This document shows positions 25,278 to 38,320 of a stretch of 64,000 nucleotides of DNA, in pieces; the first letter of the stretch is position 1; each line of letters opens with the position of its first letter. Source of the DNA: Vicugna vicugna. Lineage: Eukaryota. Under the pieces are notes generated by a model. That model saw only the letters and a program-made list of their open reading frames with translations, was not told the DNA's origin and did no database searches. Where the stretch lies: NCBI GenBank assembly GCA_013265495.1, contig MU058451.1, positions 2,847,305-2,911,304 on the forward strand, given 5' to 3'. The position numbers were made by a program, and so were the translations under genes.

Positions 25278-25423
25278 ATGGGTCCAGAGACTAGAGGCAT
25301 TATCCTCATTTGAGAGCTTGTTAGAAATATACAATTGCAGGCCTTAGACCTACTGAATTCACATCTGCAGCTTAACAAGAATGCCAGGCGATTTGAAGGG
25401 ACATTCAAGTTTGAGAAGCACTG
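25278..25423 (+). mobile_element. MER5-type hAT-Charlie MITE
   Basis: gagcttgttagaaat...agacctactgaattcacatctgca...aagtttgagaagcactg. Confidence 0.75.
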
Positions 25424-25634
25424 GCTAGAACTCAGTCCAACACCCGCAACTGCAAGGGAAGCTAGAAATGTGAGCTCAGGGAGAGGACATAACGTTGTCA
25501 ACGTATTGCACTCATCTAGGACAACCACGCACTCATCTATTTACTCAGAATTGGTGATTTGTTTGGATAATTTGTGCTTAAAGCATCTATTTTATTTTCG
25601 TTTTTGCTCTTCCATTGTATTTTCTATGTAAAAC

Positions 25635-25945
25635 ATTTGTTTGTTTATTCAAATACTTATTTATCAAGTACCTACTACTTTTCTGGCACTGTTCTGAGTA
25701 CTAGGGTTGCAATGTGAACAAAAAGGTAAATATTCCTGCCTTCATGCAGCTTACAATTCATGTGAAGGTGAAGGGTGCAGAAAAAATATGTGTATATTAG
25801 ATGCGGTAACTGTTATAAAGGGAAATAAGGCAAATTAAGGTGTGGGGAGTAATGGAGGGGATGGGGGAGGTTGCTGTTTTAGATAGGATGGCCAGGTCTT
25901 CTAAGTGGAGATTGGAGTGATGTGAAAAAGTGAGACTGGCTGTTG
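25635..25945 (-). mobile_element. L2 3' fragment
   Basis: attcaaatacttatttatcaagtacctactac...ggcactgttctgagtactaggg...cctgccttcatgcagcttacaattc. Confidence 0.7.
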
Positions 25946-26222
25946 GGACTAGGCAGTGGTTCTCTTAAAAGCCAAAGGACACATTTAGATTAAAATGTTA
26001 AATCTCAGCTCCAGAGTCAGGTATATAAATATTCAGATGTTGAAAATTATTCGACCATAGACTGATTTTTATTTATTTGTTTATTTTTCCATCAATATTT
26101 TTGACAACACACAGATCCTGCTACATCATCATCACCTCTTCTGTCATCAGTGTATGTGATGATTTTTTTAAATGTATGTGATCTGTGGATGCTTATTTTA
26201 TATGACGTGAAAGATGGTGCTT

Positions 26223-26730
26223 CAGTTGCTCTTAAGCTTTTTGATCTGAGGACTCATACATTCTTACAAATTGTTGGGGACCCCATAGTGCTTTTGTTTA
26301 TATGGGCTACAGCTAGAGGTATTTACTATATTACAAATTAAATCCAAGAAGATAAAAACATATTTATTAATTCATTTAAAAATAAGAATAATGAGCCCAT
26401 TAAATATTAATGTAATTTTTTTGTGAAAATAATTCTGTTTTTCAAAACAAACCTGAAAGTTAGTGAGAAGAGTGGTGGTGTTGCATTTTTGCATACCTCT
26501 TGAATGTCTGGCTTGGTAGAAGCTGGCATGTCCACATGTCCGGATGCAGTCTGTTGCAATGTCATGCATCATGTCGCATCTGGAAGACTCTGCTGTATAC
26601 CTCTGAGAGGGTGAGAGTGAAAAAGGCAAATAATAGTTTAGTTTTATTACAAAAGAGTTTTTACCTCTTGGACCTCTGCAAAGGGTCACAGTTACCTCCA
26701 AGGGTCCCCAAATCACAGTTTGAGAACTTT
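26223..26730 (+). mobile_element. hAT-Charlie element (MER119-like)
   Basis: Termini cagttgctcttaagctttttgatctgaggac ... ccccaaatcacagtttgagaact; internal ggggaccccatagtgcttttgtttatatggg. Confidence 0.75.
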
Positions 26731-28704
26731 CCCCTTATATTTCCAACCTCCTCACTTCACCTTGGATGAGTCCTTTAACTTTTTTGGCCTGAATTTCTTC
26801 ATCTTGAAAATGGAATAACAGTACATATCTCCCTGGGGATCCAGTGACAATTCCTGTGACGCACTCAGAGCCATGCCTGTGCCGAGAAAGCTCAGTAATC
26901 AGTAGTATGATTGTTAAATACAGTTAATTATGACTGTTTTTGATCTGTGATATTGTTCATATATAGGATTGCATTTTATGCTACTTCCTTGGTCAGAAAC
27001 CCACCCCCTACTTAAAATCTTCTTGTTATGGAAAAATAAGGCACAGGGGTGAGATGTATTAAAAACTCACATATGGCTGTTTTCTTTTTTGAAAAGGATT
27101 TCTCTCTCCCTACATTCTAAGTTCCATTAAATAGTTTTTCATATTAATAATCCCTTTGTGAGCGTGTCCCCCACTCCGCAAGATGAAATATGTCCCTATA
27201 TGACAATTCCACAGATCTAGATCTCATTTGCTATTTACTAGCATCATTGAATTGAATTCCTGAAAAATCCAAGAAGAAGACTGCTTTCAACCACTGTAAT
27301 CATCCCTTAGGGACCATCAACCTTCAGCGCTTCTTTCATTTGTAACCATTTTGCATGTTGATCTACTTGTCATAGTAGTGTGAATTAAAACAGCCAATCA
27401 AGAACATGGAATGTTGACTTTTCCCCCCATGTTCAAATTGCATGATTCTCTCTTAATTCAGGATGCATGGCATTCATATTCTGTTGCATTTCACCCCGTG
27501 AGTTAAAATAAAATAACTTCCCATCACTTAAGCAACAGATGTACTCTGCGTGCAAAGTTGGGCAGTCTGGCAGTAACTCTCTTAAATGTAAAAGAACTTC
27601 AAACGACAATAATGCTAGGTTAATCCAAGAAGCATTAGCAGTCTCCTCCTCACCCACCCTTGAAAAGGGAAGCATTTATGCAGCTAATTAGTTTACCATA
27701 GTAAATAATCCCCTGACATTTAAAAGAAGCATTCCTATTGGAGCCTGGAGTAAATATTATGTTGCACGTTAAGCTATAAATAGGGTGAATAATGGTGCCA
27801 GGCCCAGTTTTTAAATGCTATGGAAAATAAGTGAGCTCCACCTGGGTAGAAAGGGTGTTACCCGCCCTCTATACACAAGTGTCCAGTTGCCTGGCTTGGG
27901 TTCCCTATAGCTGCCCTGGAAACTTGATGAATCATCTCACTTTCCAGCATGACTCTAGCAGGTAGCTAAAAAAGTGAGCGAATGTTTCTCTTGGAAAAAC
28001 AAACGTAGAAGGTGAAAGGAAACAAAATTTGTAACTGCTTTAGGGAGGTGATTCCATCTCGCTTTAAGGAGGCTTTCTACATAATGGAGTTTTGCAGTTC
28101 CTTGCGGCTTAAATGATTTGAGGAGTTTAGAGGAGAAAATCTTCTGATGCTCCAGATTGTTGTGTTATGGACGATCTTTGCCTCCAGGTCAGTGTGTTGA
28201 GTGTTGCCTCCAAACTGCACATCAGGGCTAGCAGGCGTGAAGTCCAGAATAAAATGGTGAACGGTGAAACAGAATTGCGACACGGACAAAACATCTCAAG
28301 CGCACGGATTTGGAGGGAACGGAAACCAGGGGCTCAGTTTAAGACCTCATTAAGGTGGGTACGAGGGGAGAACCGTGTAGTTTTTAGGGCTCACCCAGGC
28401 AAAGCCAAAGAAGCAGCTGCCTTTCCAGAATATAAAAGGAGCCGCGAGATTCTCACTTGCCCCATTCCTGAAATTCCACCACCAAGAGCCACACAGTCAA
28501 ATTAAGTCTCTCTCTGGGGAAGGACCCCATCCTGGGTGTGACAACAGATTCATCCATTCAGTGCGTGGATTCAATATTTCCTATGACTGATGGATTGTTC
28601 TAGAAATGTGAAGGTGCTGAAACATAAAGAAAAAAGTTACATTTCCTGTCATGAGAAGTTTATAGTCCGGTGGAGTAGAGAGAGGGAGAACAACAAATGA
28701 AGAC

Positions 28705-28950
28705 TGTCATAGTTTGGGCTGCTGTCATAAAATGCCACAGACTGGGTGACTCCAATAGCAGACATTTATTTCTCACAGTTCTGGAGGCTGGAAGACCCGG
28801 ATCAGCGTGCCAGCTGGTTCAGTTCCCGGCGAGGCTTCTCCTCCTGACTGGCAAATGGCCTCCTTCATTCTATGTTCTCACCTGGCAGAGAAAGAGAGTG
28901 AGCTTTGATGTCTCCTCCTCTTCTCATAAGGACACTGACCCCATCCTGAG
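28705..28950 (-). mobile_element. MaLR LTR fragment (MLT1-type)
   Basis: tgtcatagtttgggctgctgtcataaaatgccacagactggg...catttatttctcacagttctggaggctggaag. Confidence 0.85.
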
Positions 28951-29046
28951 AGTGCTCAGGAATTAAGGGAAAAAAATCAGATGTTCAATTCAGGACATAA
29001 TTAAAGGGGGAAAGAGGGCCATGTCAGTGGATGCTAATAGCCAGGG

Positions 29047-29369
29047 TGCTATGGTCTGCTTGTGTCTCCCCCAGGGTCATGACATCCAAACCTCCAAAGA
29101 TGATGGTATTAGGAGGTGAGGCCTTTGGGTGTTGCTTAGTCATGAGGGCGGAGACTTCACGAAAGGGGTTTGTGCCCTTATCACAGAGGCACCTGAGAGT
29201 TACCTCACCCCTCCCTCATGTCAGGACACGTGGGAAGGCTATGAACCAGAATGTGACTATGCCTTGATTGTGGACTTCCAGCCCCCAGAACGTGAGAGAT
29301 ACATTTCAGTGTTTATCAAGCCATCCAGTCTGTCGCATTTTGTGACAGCAGCCTAAGCAGACTGAGACA
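29047..29369 (+). mobile_element. MaLR solo LTR (MLT1A-like)
   Basis: tgctatggtctg...ggtattaggaggtgaggcctttggg...gcagcctaagcagactgagaca with TG...CA ends. Confidence 0.85.
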
Positions 29370-30249
29370 CAGGGACACACCAGTTATGAGGCCCTCAGTA
29401 GGTGCCGAAGCCCTTCTCCTAAAGCTGGTCAGTGAAATCCCCTGGAGTGAGCAGCTTCCTTTGCCATCTGGCCTCTGTTATCCCTAAAGAGACCCAATAT
29501 TGTTGGCCTCAGTTGACATTCCTATCCTACCAAATGGGCTTAGAAGAAGAAATGTAAAGAGTGATAAATGCTATCCTGCTGGAAGACTAGCTCCAAAACT
29601 CTTTCCTAGGGCTAACATGCCTCCTGGGCTGAGGCCGCCCCCTGTCTGCTTCTTCCCTCACATGAACCCTCCTGGGGTGTGGAGCCGGCTGCGTGTGGTC
29701 AGCGTCAGGACCCTGTTGTGGGATGCCCTTGACAAGCCCTGCACTGGGCCGTGCGTGTCATCTGTGCAGCTGTGATTCACTTCCTGCGTTAGGAGCTGAT
29801 GGGGTGGGGCCGGGCTGGAACTCACTGAACAGAGCATCAGCTTTAAATCTCTGAAGGTGCTTTTGGACGTCACATCTCTCTGAGGTTGTTCAAGGTGTTG
29901 GATGTTTAAGAGTTCCATTTCTGTTTTGGTTTCTGTGTTAGGAGGAGTTCTGGGTGGTGGGGGTGGGCGGAGATACAGACTTCCATCAGGAATACACAGG
30001 GCACCCAGGGCTATTCTACATGTGGCGGTTTTGATGAATATCACACACTATCAATGCCAGGGCCCTTGACGACTGAAGCTGGGGCTGGGAAGTCCTCTTA
30101 GTGTCCTGCTCCGGGCCTACCTCTGGTCCTCCAGCCGTTCTGCTCATCACTGTTGGGCCACCACACCAGCCAGGAAGGCGGTGAGGATGGGAGCCCCGTT
30201 TTCCAGGGTGCCCTGACCCAGTAACCTATGCCTTTGGGATGGATGTTGC

Positions 30250-30790
30250 AGGACAGCACCTCTTCCCTCCAGAGGTTCCCATCTGGGAATAAAACCCAGA
30301 TTTCTTGCCGTGGCCTCCAGGGTCCTGTGCCCTGCAGCCCCTGTGGGTCTCCCTTCTGTCACTCCCTCCGCTGCTTAAATCATGGCAGCCCCGCTGGCTT
30401 CTTTGTCAGTTGTGGATCCTGGATGGAGGCAGGAGTAATCCCACCTCTAGGCATGTGCTTTTGTTCTTCCTCTCCCTTGGATTGTTGGCCAGTCTCCTTC
30501 GTTCAAGTGTCTGCTCAAAGTCTTCTCTGAGACCACCTTGCTCGACGGACGACCTTCCCTCCTCCCGCTTTGCCTCTTACTCGCTGCCGCCTCCCAGCTT
30601 CATCTCTTTTCCTTGCACTTCGTACTGTCTGACATACGCTGTGTGTTTGATGTGATGTGCTAAGTAACTTTCTCCCATTGCCCGAACACAAGCTCCCTGA
30701 GAACAGTTGCTCGTGACCCCCAGCGCCTAGAACAGTGTGTGGCACATTATAGGGACAGTCAAAAATATTTTAGAGTGTTTGTTGAATGGG
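30250..30790 (+). mobile_element. L2 3' region
   Basis: Pyrimidine-rich body ending cagcgcctagaacagtgtgtggcacat...aaaaatatt...gttgaatg. Confidence 0.7.
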
Positions 30791-30964
30791 GGAGGGCAGT
30801 TTTCTCAAAAAAGCTACTGTCCCTTCCCTGTGTCTGCGTTCTCACCCCACCTTCTATTCACGGCACCTCACCACAGGGAAGCCGCACCCTTAGCTGAGTG
30901 AAGACTGACATTCATTCAGCCCTTTTCAGCCCTATTTGACTTTCTGAAGCAATTTATGCTATAA

Positions 30965-31200
30965 AAAGAGTCTTATGGACTTTGGAGCCAGATAGGTTTG
31001 GCTTTAACCCCGTTTCCCTACTTGGTAGCAGTGTAATCCTGGGCAAGTTACTGCGCTTCTCTGGGCCACAATTTCCATTTTAGTTAAATTAGGATACTAA
31101 TACCTCACTCGCGGGCTGTTTCCAGGAGCGGTAAGTGAGAGAACATGTGTGAGACTCCTGGGCTAGGGCTGGGGGCATCATCAGAGCTCAAGCAGTGTGA
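30965..31200 (+). mobile_element. MIR SINE
   Basis: tggactttggagccagataggtttgg...ctgggcaagttactgcgcttctctgggcc. Confidence 0.75.
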
Positions 31201-31209
31201 GCTCCATTG

Positions 31210-32365
31210 CTGTCTTCCCTCCCCTTCACACTTCTGTGACTCCGCTTTCTTCCATATTCTCATCTCTAGTCACTTCTCTGTGTCCCTTACACACGTGTCT
31301 TCATCCTTCTCTCCATCCCTGGAACTACTGTTGCCCCCCAAGGCTGTCCTGAGCCTCGTTCTGTTTTTCTGATACTGTGTGTCCCCTGGGTAATTACAGC
31401 CACATCCATGACCCCAGCTGCCATCTTGATGATTTCAAAGACTTCAGTTCCAGTCCTTGCTCCTGGGCCCAAACTCGTATTTCCCACTGCCTCCTGACCT
31501 CTCCCCTCACCTGGCCTGCTGGCATCTCTAACTCAACATTTGTCAGCTCAACCAATGAACTTCTCTGCTCCCCCAGCCTCTCCTCCTCTGTCTTAGACAA
31601 TGGTACCTTCTTCCCAGCTGCTCACGGGAAATTTGTGAGTCAGTTTTTACTTTTCTCTCTCCTATGTCCTGTATCATTAAGCTCCATCAATTTCTAATTC
31701 TGAAATATCCTTTACACATTTTTGTGCCCCCTGCGGCCCCTGAAATTCCAACTCTCATCATCTCTCACCTGCTTTGGACTGTCATGTTTTCAACTGTCCC
31801 CTCCCCGCCCCCTTCAGAGTCCTCTCTTTTCTAAGTAATCCTCCAGTGGGAACTTTCCTAAAATAGGAATGTGATCGCATTATGTCCAATGAAAAACAAA
31901 ATCCTTGGTCGGTTACCTGTTACCTTCAGGTTCAAGTTCAAGGTCTTTGGCACGAGAGCAGAGACTTGTCATGTATTGGCCCATTCTCAGTTACACTTGC
32001 AGTGTCCCCACAATGCTGTGTTACTACAAGCCCCCCCCCCGCCTTTGCTCAAGCTCTTCCCTTTGCTAGGAACATCCTCATCTTCCCCTTGTCCATCGGG
32101 TAAACCCTGCTTAGCTTTGCAGTATTCAATTGAACACTACCTCCTCTTTGAAGCTTTGTTGACCTTTCTGAGCTGGGAGAAGTACCAGCCTCTGGAGTCC
32201 CTTATGCTCCACAGATACCGTTCTTGTAAGACGTACCACTCTTCACTGTAACTCATTGATTTTCCTGTTTCTTGTGCCATCCTACAGACTGGAATGTGGT
32301 GGAGGCTTTCATGTCTGATTCCCTGGCATTTAGTACAGTGCCCCATCCTCAGTAAATAATAGTTG
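31210..32365 (+). mobile_element. L2 fragment (ORF2 3' part and tail)
   Basis: cccactgcctcctgacctctcc...ggcatctctaactcaacat and tail ccctggcatttagtacagtgcc...ctcagtaaat. Confidence 0.65.
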
Positions 32366-33999
32366 GGTTAGTACAGTACACTGGTTCATCCTTTATCTAT
32401 TTAAACTTATTATATATTTATTTATTTTAAACATTGAAATATGGTTGATGTGCAGTTACGTTAGTTTCAGGCGTGCTACGTAATGACCTGACGTTTGTGG
32501 GCGCTGGCTCACCCTGTACAGTATTAAAGCTGCTGATGAGCTTGGCTTTGCGTTATTCCACCCTTGTCTCCCTACTTCCTGCTGCATGCGAACCGTTTCT
32601 ACTTACTTTAGGGTCCAGTTTTTGTTTCTGGTTTAAAAAAATATTTCTTTTTAGAACTAGCTCGATTTTTCTCCTGAATCAAATTTGAAGGAGTACACTG
32701 GACTAGTTCATCTATAAGTTTCTCTCCAATTCTGATGTCACAGTCACCTCTAGTGCAAATAGAAGCTAGGAGTCCCCGAGCCGTGTCCCAGCTCGTCACT
32801 AAGCAGCTTGTCCAAGTCACTGAGCTTCCTTCAGCCCCCGTCTGCTCTTCTGTAAAATGGAAGGAGAGTCTTCTAAATATTTGTGACAATTAAAGGTACT
32901 GCAATCATCCAGCGCAAGGCACTTGCTTTAGGGGGCTGTGCCACACATTTCTACATTTTATACCATCTTGAAATAAAGGGGGACACGTGCTATGTGGATG
33001 CCTGGTCTTGCTATTTTGAATCAGGAGAGGCCGAATCAAAAATTGTGGGTGAAGTCGTGAGGAAATAATGCGGAGTCCTTAAATAACCCGGAGAGAGCAT
33101 TCAGAACATACCAGAAGACTCCCTCAGAGAAGTGGTCTAAGAATCCCGCTTTTGAAACCTGGACAAGCTGAGATGGAATTCCTGGGGCGGGGTGTGTCCG
33201 CCTTGCTGGGTCTCTGAGAGTCCTGTGCTGGCTGAGTTCAGGGCATCGCCCTGGAACATTCTGCTGATGTCCTCTTCTGAGACCACTGACAGTCACAGAT
33301 GAAGGTGTCTCTGCTGTGATTTAGAAATCCTGGAAGCCCGCAAAGAATGTTCCAAACATAGGGCCCCAGAAGCTGTCTGGTGTAACAGCTCCAGAAGTGG
33401 ACAGGTGGGCAGGGGACCAGAGTAGGGATGGAGCCTGTCTGTGGATAAACCAGTCTGTTTGAAGACTTAGTGAGCACCTGGTATGTGTCAGGCTCTGGGA
33501 ATACAAAGAGGAATAGGAAATGGCTTGTGCCTGTAGTGGAGGAGGTGGGTGAAGGGGTTTGGCAGGGTCTGTAGGAGAGGAACGCCCCAAGGAGGTGTGG
33601 TCCTTTCCTTAGTAGCTGAACAGCACTGAGCTCTGCAGAGATCAGGGATGAAGTCTGCCCTGGGTTAGGGTGTGTGAGGAAGCAGGCTTGACACCTGCTC
33701 CAGCAGCCCCTTCTCAATAACTGTGAGGGTGACAGGACATCATTCTCCCATCTCTACACTGGGGTGGTCTGGCTGCTGCCTAGAGGCTCGAAGGCAGAGC
33801 CACGAGTGTGGTTGGAGCTTCAGGCAGCCCAAGAAAATTACTGCCCACACAGATGGTTCAATCTGATAGATGTCGAAGGCCCTCCCACTTACAGATAACT
33901 TCCCCCGAAGCCCATATCATTGGACCTTTCACCATTACAGATTCATTCCTTCAGACAATGGAGGAGCATTTGAAAAGTGAATAATTCTGCAAATACTAT

Positions 34000-34530
34000 T
34001 GATAGCTCACACCTACTGACATTTCCTCCATGAGGCTCTGGTTTAAGTGCTTTACAACTATTAATGTAGGTAATTCTCACCACAACCTAATGAGGTAGGT
34101 ATTTTTATTTTCCCTGTTTTACATCTGAGGGAATGGACGCACAGAGCTATTAGGTAACTTGTCCAAAGCAGGTCCCATAACTAGGAAGTGGTAGAGGTGA
34201 GTTTTGAATCCAGACAGACTGGCTCCAAATTCATGCTGTGAATCACTGTGTTATTCTAGAAAGAGCAGCATTGAGCCTTATTAGCAGTTAATTCTTTAAT
34301 TTAAATGACATTGGCTTATATTTAGTAAGTATTTTTGGTGTTCCAGGCACCAAGCTAAGTGATTTTTGTTTATTATTCTTTTATTGTTAAGAAAACCCAA
34401 CAGGGTAGGTACTGTTACTATGACCATTTACTGGTAAGGAAAATAAAGACTCAACTTGAGGTCACGTAAACAGTATGGAACCAGGAAATATGGAGCCCGG
34501 ACTTAAAATCAGGCAGTTGAAATCCAAAAC
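34000..34530 (-). mobile_element. Two tandem MIR SINEs
   Basis: cacaacctaatgaggtagg...ttttacatctgagggaatggacgcacagag...tttgaatccagacagactggctcca, followed by a second weaker copy. Confidence 0.75.
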
Positions 34531-34836
34531 CCATGTGTCCAACAGCACGCCAGACTACGAAGTACAGTTGTGTGGGAGCAGACACCTCGCAAGAAGAAGG
34601 CCCAGTAGGAACGTTTTCTAGGAAGGAGAGCCGGCCCTGTGCAGAAGGCCAGTTTGAGGAGCCTGCAGTGGTGCTGGGGAGAGCGGGATGTGGGGCTGGG
34701 TGGAACCCACCTCTCTCCGTCCTCAGTTGCACCTGGGGCTGACCTGCCCTCTGCCCAGCTGAGAATTTGGGGGAATAATTTTATTTACTAAAACTGTACT
34801 TAATGGGCCAAACTTTCTATCATTAAACTTTAAAAT

Positions 34837-35682
34837 AATTAATTAATTAAAAAAATTGAAGTATAGCTGATTTACAGTGTTGTGCTAGTTTTTGGTATGT
34901 GGCATAGTGATTCAGTTATATACACACATATATATATTCTTTTTCATGTTCTTTCTCATTATAGGTTATTACAAGATACTGAGTGTAGTTCCCTGTGCTC
35001 TACAGTAGGTCCTTGTGGTTCACCTATTTTATATGCAGTAGTTTGTATCTGGTAATCCCAAACTCCTAATTTATCCCTCCTGCTCCCCTTTGGTAAGCAT
35101 AAGTTTGTTTTCTATGTCTTTGAGTCTGTTTCTGTTTTATAAATAAGTTCATTTGTATCATTTTTTAGATTCCACATATAAGTGATATCATGTGGTATTT
35201 ATCTTTTTCTGTCTGACTTCACTTAGTATGATTATCTCTAGGTCCATCCATGTTGCTGCAAATGATATTATTTCATTCCTTTTTTACAGTTGAGTAGTAT
35301 TCCATTGTATGAATATACATCTTCTTTATCCATTCATCTGTTTATGGACATTTAGGTTGCTTCCATATCTTGGATATTGTAAATAGTGCTGCTATGAATA
35401 TTGGGGTGTATGTATCTTTTCAAATTAGAGTGCCCTCTGGATATATGCCGAGGGGGATTGCTTATTTTTTTAAGAAACCTCCATATTGTTTTCCATAGTG
35501 GTTGCACCAAACTTCATTCCCACCAGCAGTGTAGGAGGGTTCCTTTTTCTCTACACCCTCTCCAGCATTTATTGTTTGTGGACTTTTTAATGATGGTAAT
35601 ACCTCATTGTAGTTTTTCATTTGCACTTCTCTGATAATTAGCGATGTTGAACATCTTTTCACGTGCCTATTGGCCACCTGTA
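34837..35682 (-). mobile_element. 5'-truncated L1 with 21-bp TSD
   Basis: L1 3'UTR and ORF2 end (ORF 35462-35677, [17 protein letters not shown]...); TSD tctatcattaaactt(t/c)aaaat at 34816-34836 and 35683-35703. Confidence 0.93.
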
Positions 35683-36285
35683 TCTATCATTAAACTTCAA
35701 AATCAGAACAGTTAAGGATCTTCCATCCCAACATCTCACCTCATGCCATACATACATTTTCTGATCAATACCAACTCTGTTTCTACTTGTATATTCTCAT
35801 TCACAGGAGCTCATTGCTCCTCAAGACAACCAATCCTTTGTGAATGTCATGAGGAAAAATGCAGTCCTTAACCCTAGAAAGGCCCTCTCGGAGAAGCGGT
35901 CCAAGAATCCCTCTTTTGAAATCTATCTGTTGCCAAATCAATGTACTGGAGTCTGCAGCTCTGTAACTTCTGTCTCTATCCTCTTGGAGCCAGACAGTTT
36001 GGGCTCCTCTATTCCTGAGCCCGACTGTGTGTCTCATCTCACACCCGGCTCCCCTCAACGTGTGGGCTCTTGACAACCAGCTTTCTTTCAGGCAGTTGAG
36101 AAAGCCTTGCTCTCTGCTGCCACAGGTCCTTTGCTCGTGCTCTGTCCTCTGCTGGGGGGCTTTCACCTCTCTTCCAGTTCGTCTTGTTAATTTAGACTCT
36201 TCCTTTCTCTTTAGCTCGATCATTCCCGTAGGAAAGCCCCTCTGACTTGGTCAAGTCTCCCAGTTATATACTATTAGAATATCAT

Positions 36286-36700
36286 TGTCTTAGATGAGGC
36301 TCCCCAAAAGCAGAGCCTGAGGCAGGGATGTGTGTACCCATGATTTATTGAGGGCGGGAAGGAGGGGAGTGAGGGAAGCAAGACAGGGAAGGAGAAGTTG
36401 CTGCCCAGGAATGTGTTCCTGCTTCGGCCTGACCTGGAGGGGAGCTCTGGAGGGTAAAGTGGACTGCAGAGTCTGTCCTGCCTTCAGGAAGATGTTGGGG
36501 GCTCCGGTACTCCCCCCCCACTGCTGTACTGACTGGCAGGGACTGGCCATGGGCTGCAGGGGTGGGTTAACTCCCGTGGGCAATCCTCAGGAGAAGGTTC
36601 CACGTCGAGGCTTTAGGTGAAGACAGTGAGGATGGACTCACCAATCAAGCAGGTAAAAGACATCTCAGAAGTCTGGGTGGGTTGCCAGCCGTGGGTACTA
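36286..36700 (-). mobile_element. ERVL solo LTR (LTR16/LTR33-like)
   Basis: tgtcttagatgaggctccccaaaagcagagcctgaggcagggat...gatttattgaggg. Confidence 0.65.
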
Positions 36701-37651
36701 CAGAACCTCCTCTTCGCTGAACTTGCCCAAATAGAACTTTTATAATTACATGTGTGATTATTTGACTGAAATTCTTCTCTTCCATTGGAGCATCATCTCT
36801 TTTTAGGAAGGACCTGCGTCTTTGTTTTCTCACAAGGTTTCCATGTTCCAAGCACAGGGCTTGTAGGTGGTCAGGATTCAGTCCACACGAGTTGAGTAAA
36901 CAAATCCATCAACAAAGGAATGAGTGAAGCCTCCTTCCTCTTGTAGATGATAACCGTCTCTTTACTTCCTTTTCTGTTTATCAGCTTTGGGACACTTTCA
37001 ATTCCATTCTGTCCTATGGAATCTCTCTCTTTCTCACCTCCTTGAGTTACTTTTTCCATCCTAAGAATCGTACTTACAGCCAGAGTTTACAGAGATGTTC
37101 TTCAAGCTCCTGTTCTCAAGCCTGGGGCTCCGCCTGCATCTGTAACAACACGTAATTGTCAAGAGCCTCAAGGAAAGAGAACACAGCAGGTATCATTTAG
37201 ACCCAGGTTCCCTTAGGTTGTCTTAATTAGTGTTCCTTTCTGGGTCTCAGGGGAAACAGTGGTGAAGTTTTTTTTTTATTCTCTTGGGAAGGTCCATGGT
37301 CAGCTTCCCGCTGACTTTTTGCTGTGTCTCAGACTATTTAGATTAATGAAGATTTTTATTAATTCTTCTAATCTGTCCATTGGTTTATTTAATTGGCCAG
37401 ACCCCGCTTGTTGCCATATAAATTGTTGAGGGGTCAGGGCCCAGAAGCAATGCTAAGAGAGAAGACTCAGCTTTGGTCGTAGAGAAACTGGAGCCTAAAA
37501 GCTTTCAGAATCTTGAAGGTACTGGGCACTGGACAGAGGGGCTTCTAACAGCTGAGGTGAAGTTCTAAGGCACAACTAATCTAGCTTAAATCTAGAACTG
37601 ACTCTGCTGGACTAGGTGGTAGAGTTCTAATGAGTGCTCTGCTTTGCAGAA

Positions 37652-37678
37652 GTGTGTGTGTGTGTGTGTGTGTGTGTT
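37652..37678. repeat. (GT)n microsatellite
   Basis: About 13 GT units. Confidence 0.95.
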
Positions 37679-38089
37679 TCAGTCAGTCAAAAACATTGGC
37701 TAGTCAAAAATACTATCTTCGAAGCAGTATTCTAGGCCCTGGGAATACAGCAGTGAGAGAGATGAGAAAGTCCCTGCCCTCAAGAAGAATTCTGATGTGC
37801 GTGGGTGTGAGCACGCATCTCTGCATATATCCAGCCCTGGGATTTGCAGCTCTCTAATCTGCTCCCAAAACATGCGTTCTCCTCTGGACATCCACATCCA
37901 CTCCTTCCACACATCAGGGCAGCATTGTGTATGGAACAGTATGAGGCCATGCGTGGAAAGAGCTGGCATGCAGCTCTTGGCTCTGTAGGGCCCAGCTGGG
38001 TCACCTAGGGAACTATACTGCACCTTTCTGAGTCTCAGTTTCTTCATTTATGAAACGGGTTGGGACAGATGGCCTTCAGGTGTAGAATT

Positions 38090-38320
38090 CTGTGGATACA
38101 TTTACTGGGGGTCTGCTATGTGCCAGGCACCTCTGTGATATCTCATTAGAGCTTCTCGTTTAATTCTCTGTGGCACTGGTGACGTCCTTGGTTTATTGAT
38201 GAGGAAACGGAAGCCAGAGAAGTTGAACTACTTGTCCAAAGTCACTTAACAAATTAGTGTCAGAGCCAGGATTAGACCCGTTAGACCTGAGTCCACGTTC
38301 AGTGCTGTTTGCAGTCACCA
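38090..38320 (-). mobile_element. MIR SINE
   Basis: ctatgtgccaggcac...gatgaggaaacggaagccagagaagttgaactacttgtccaaagtcac. Confidence 0.75.
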
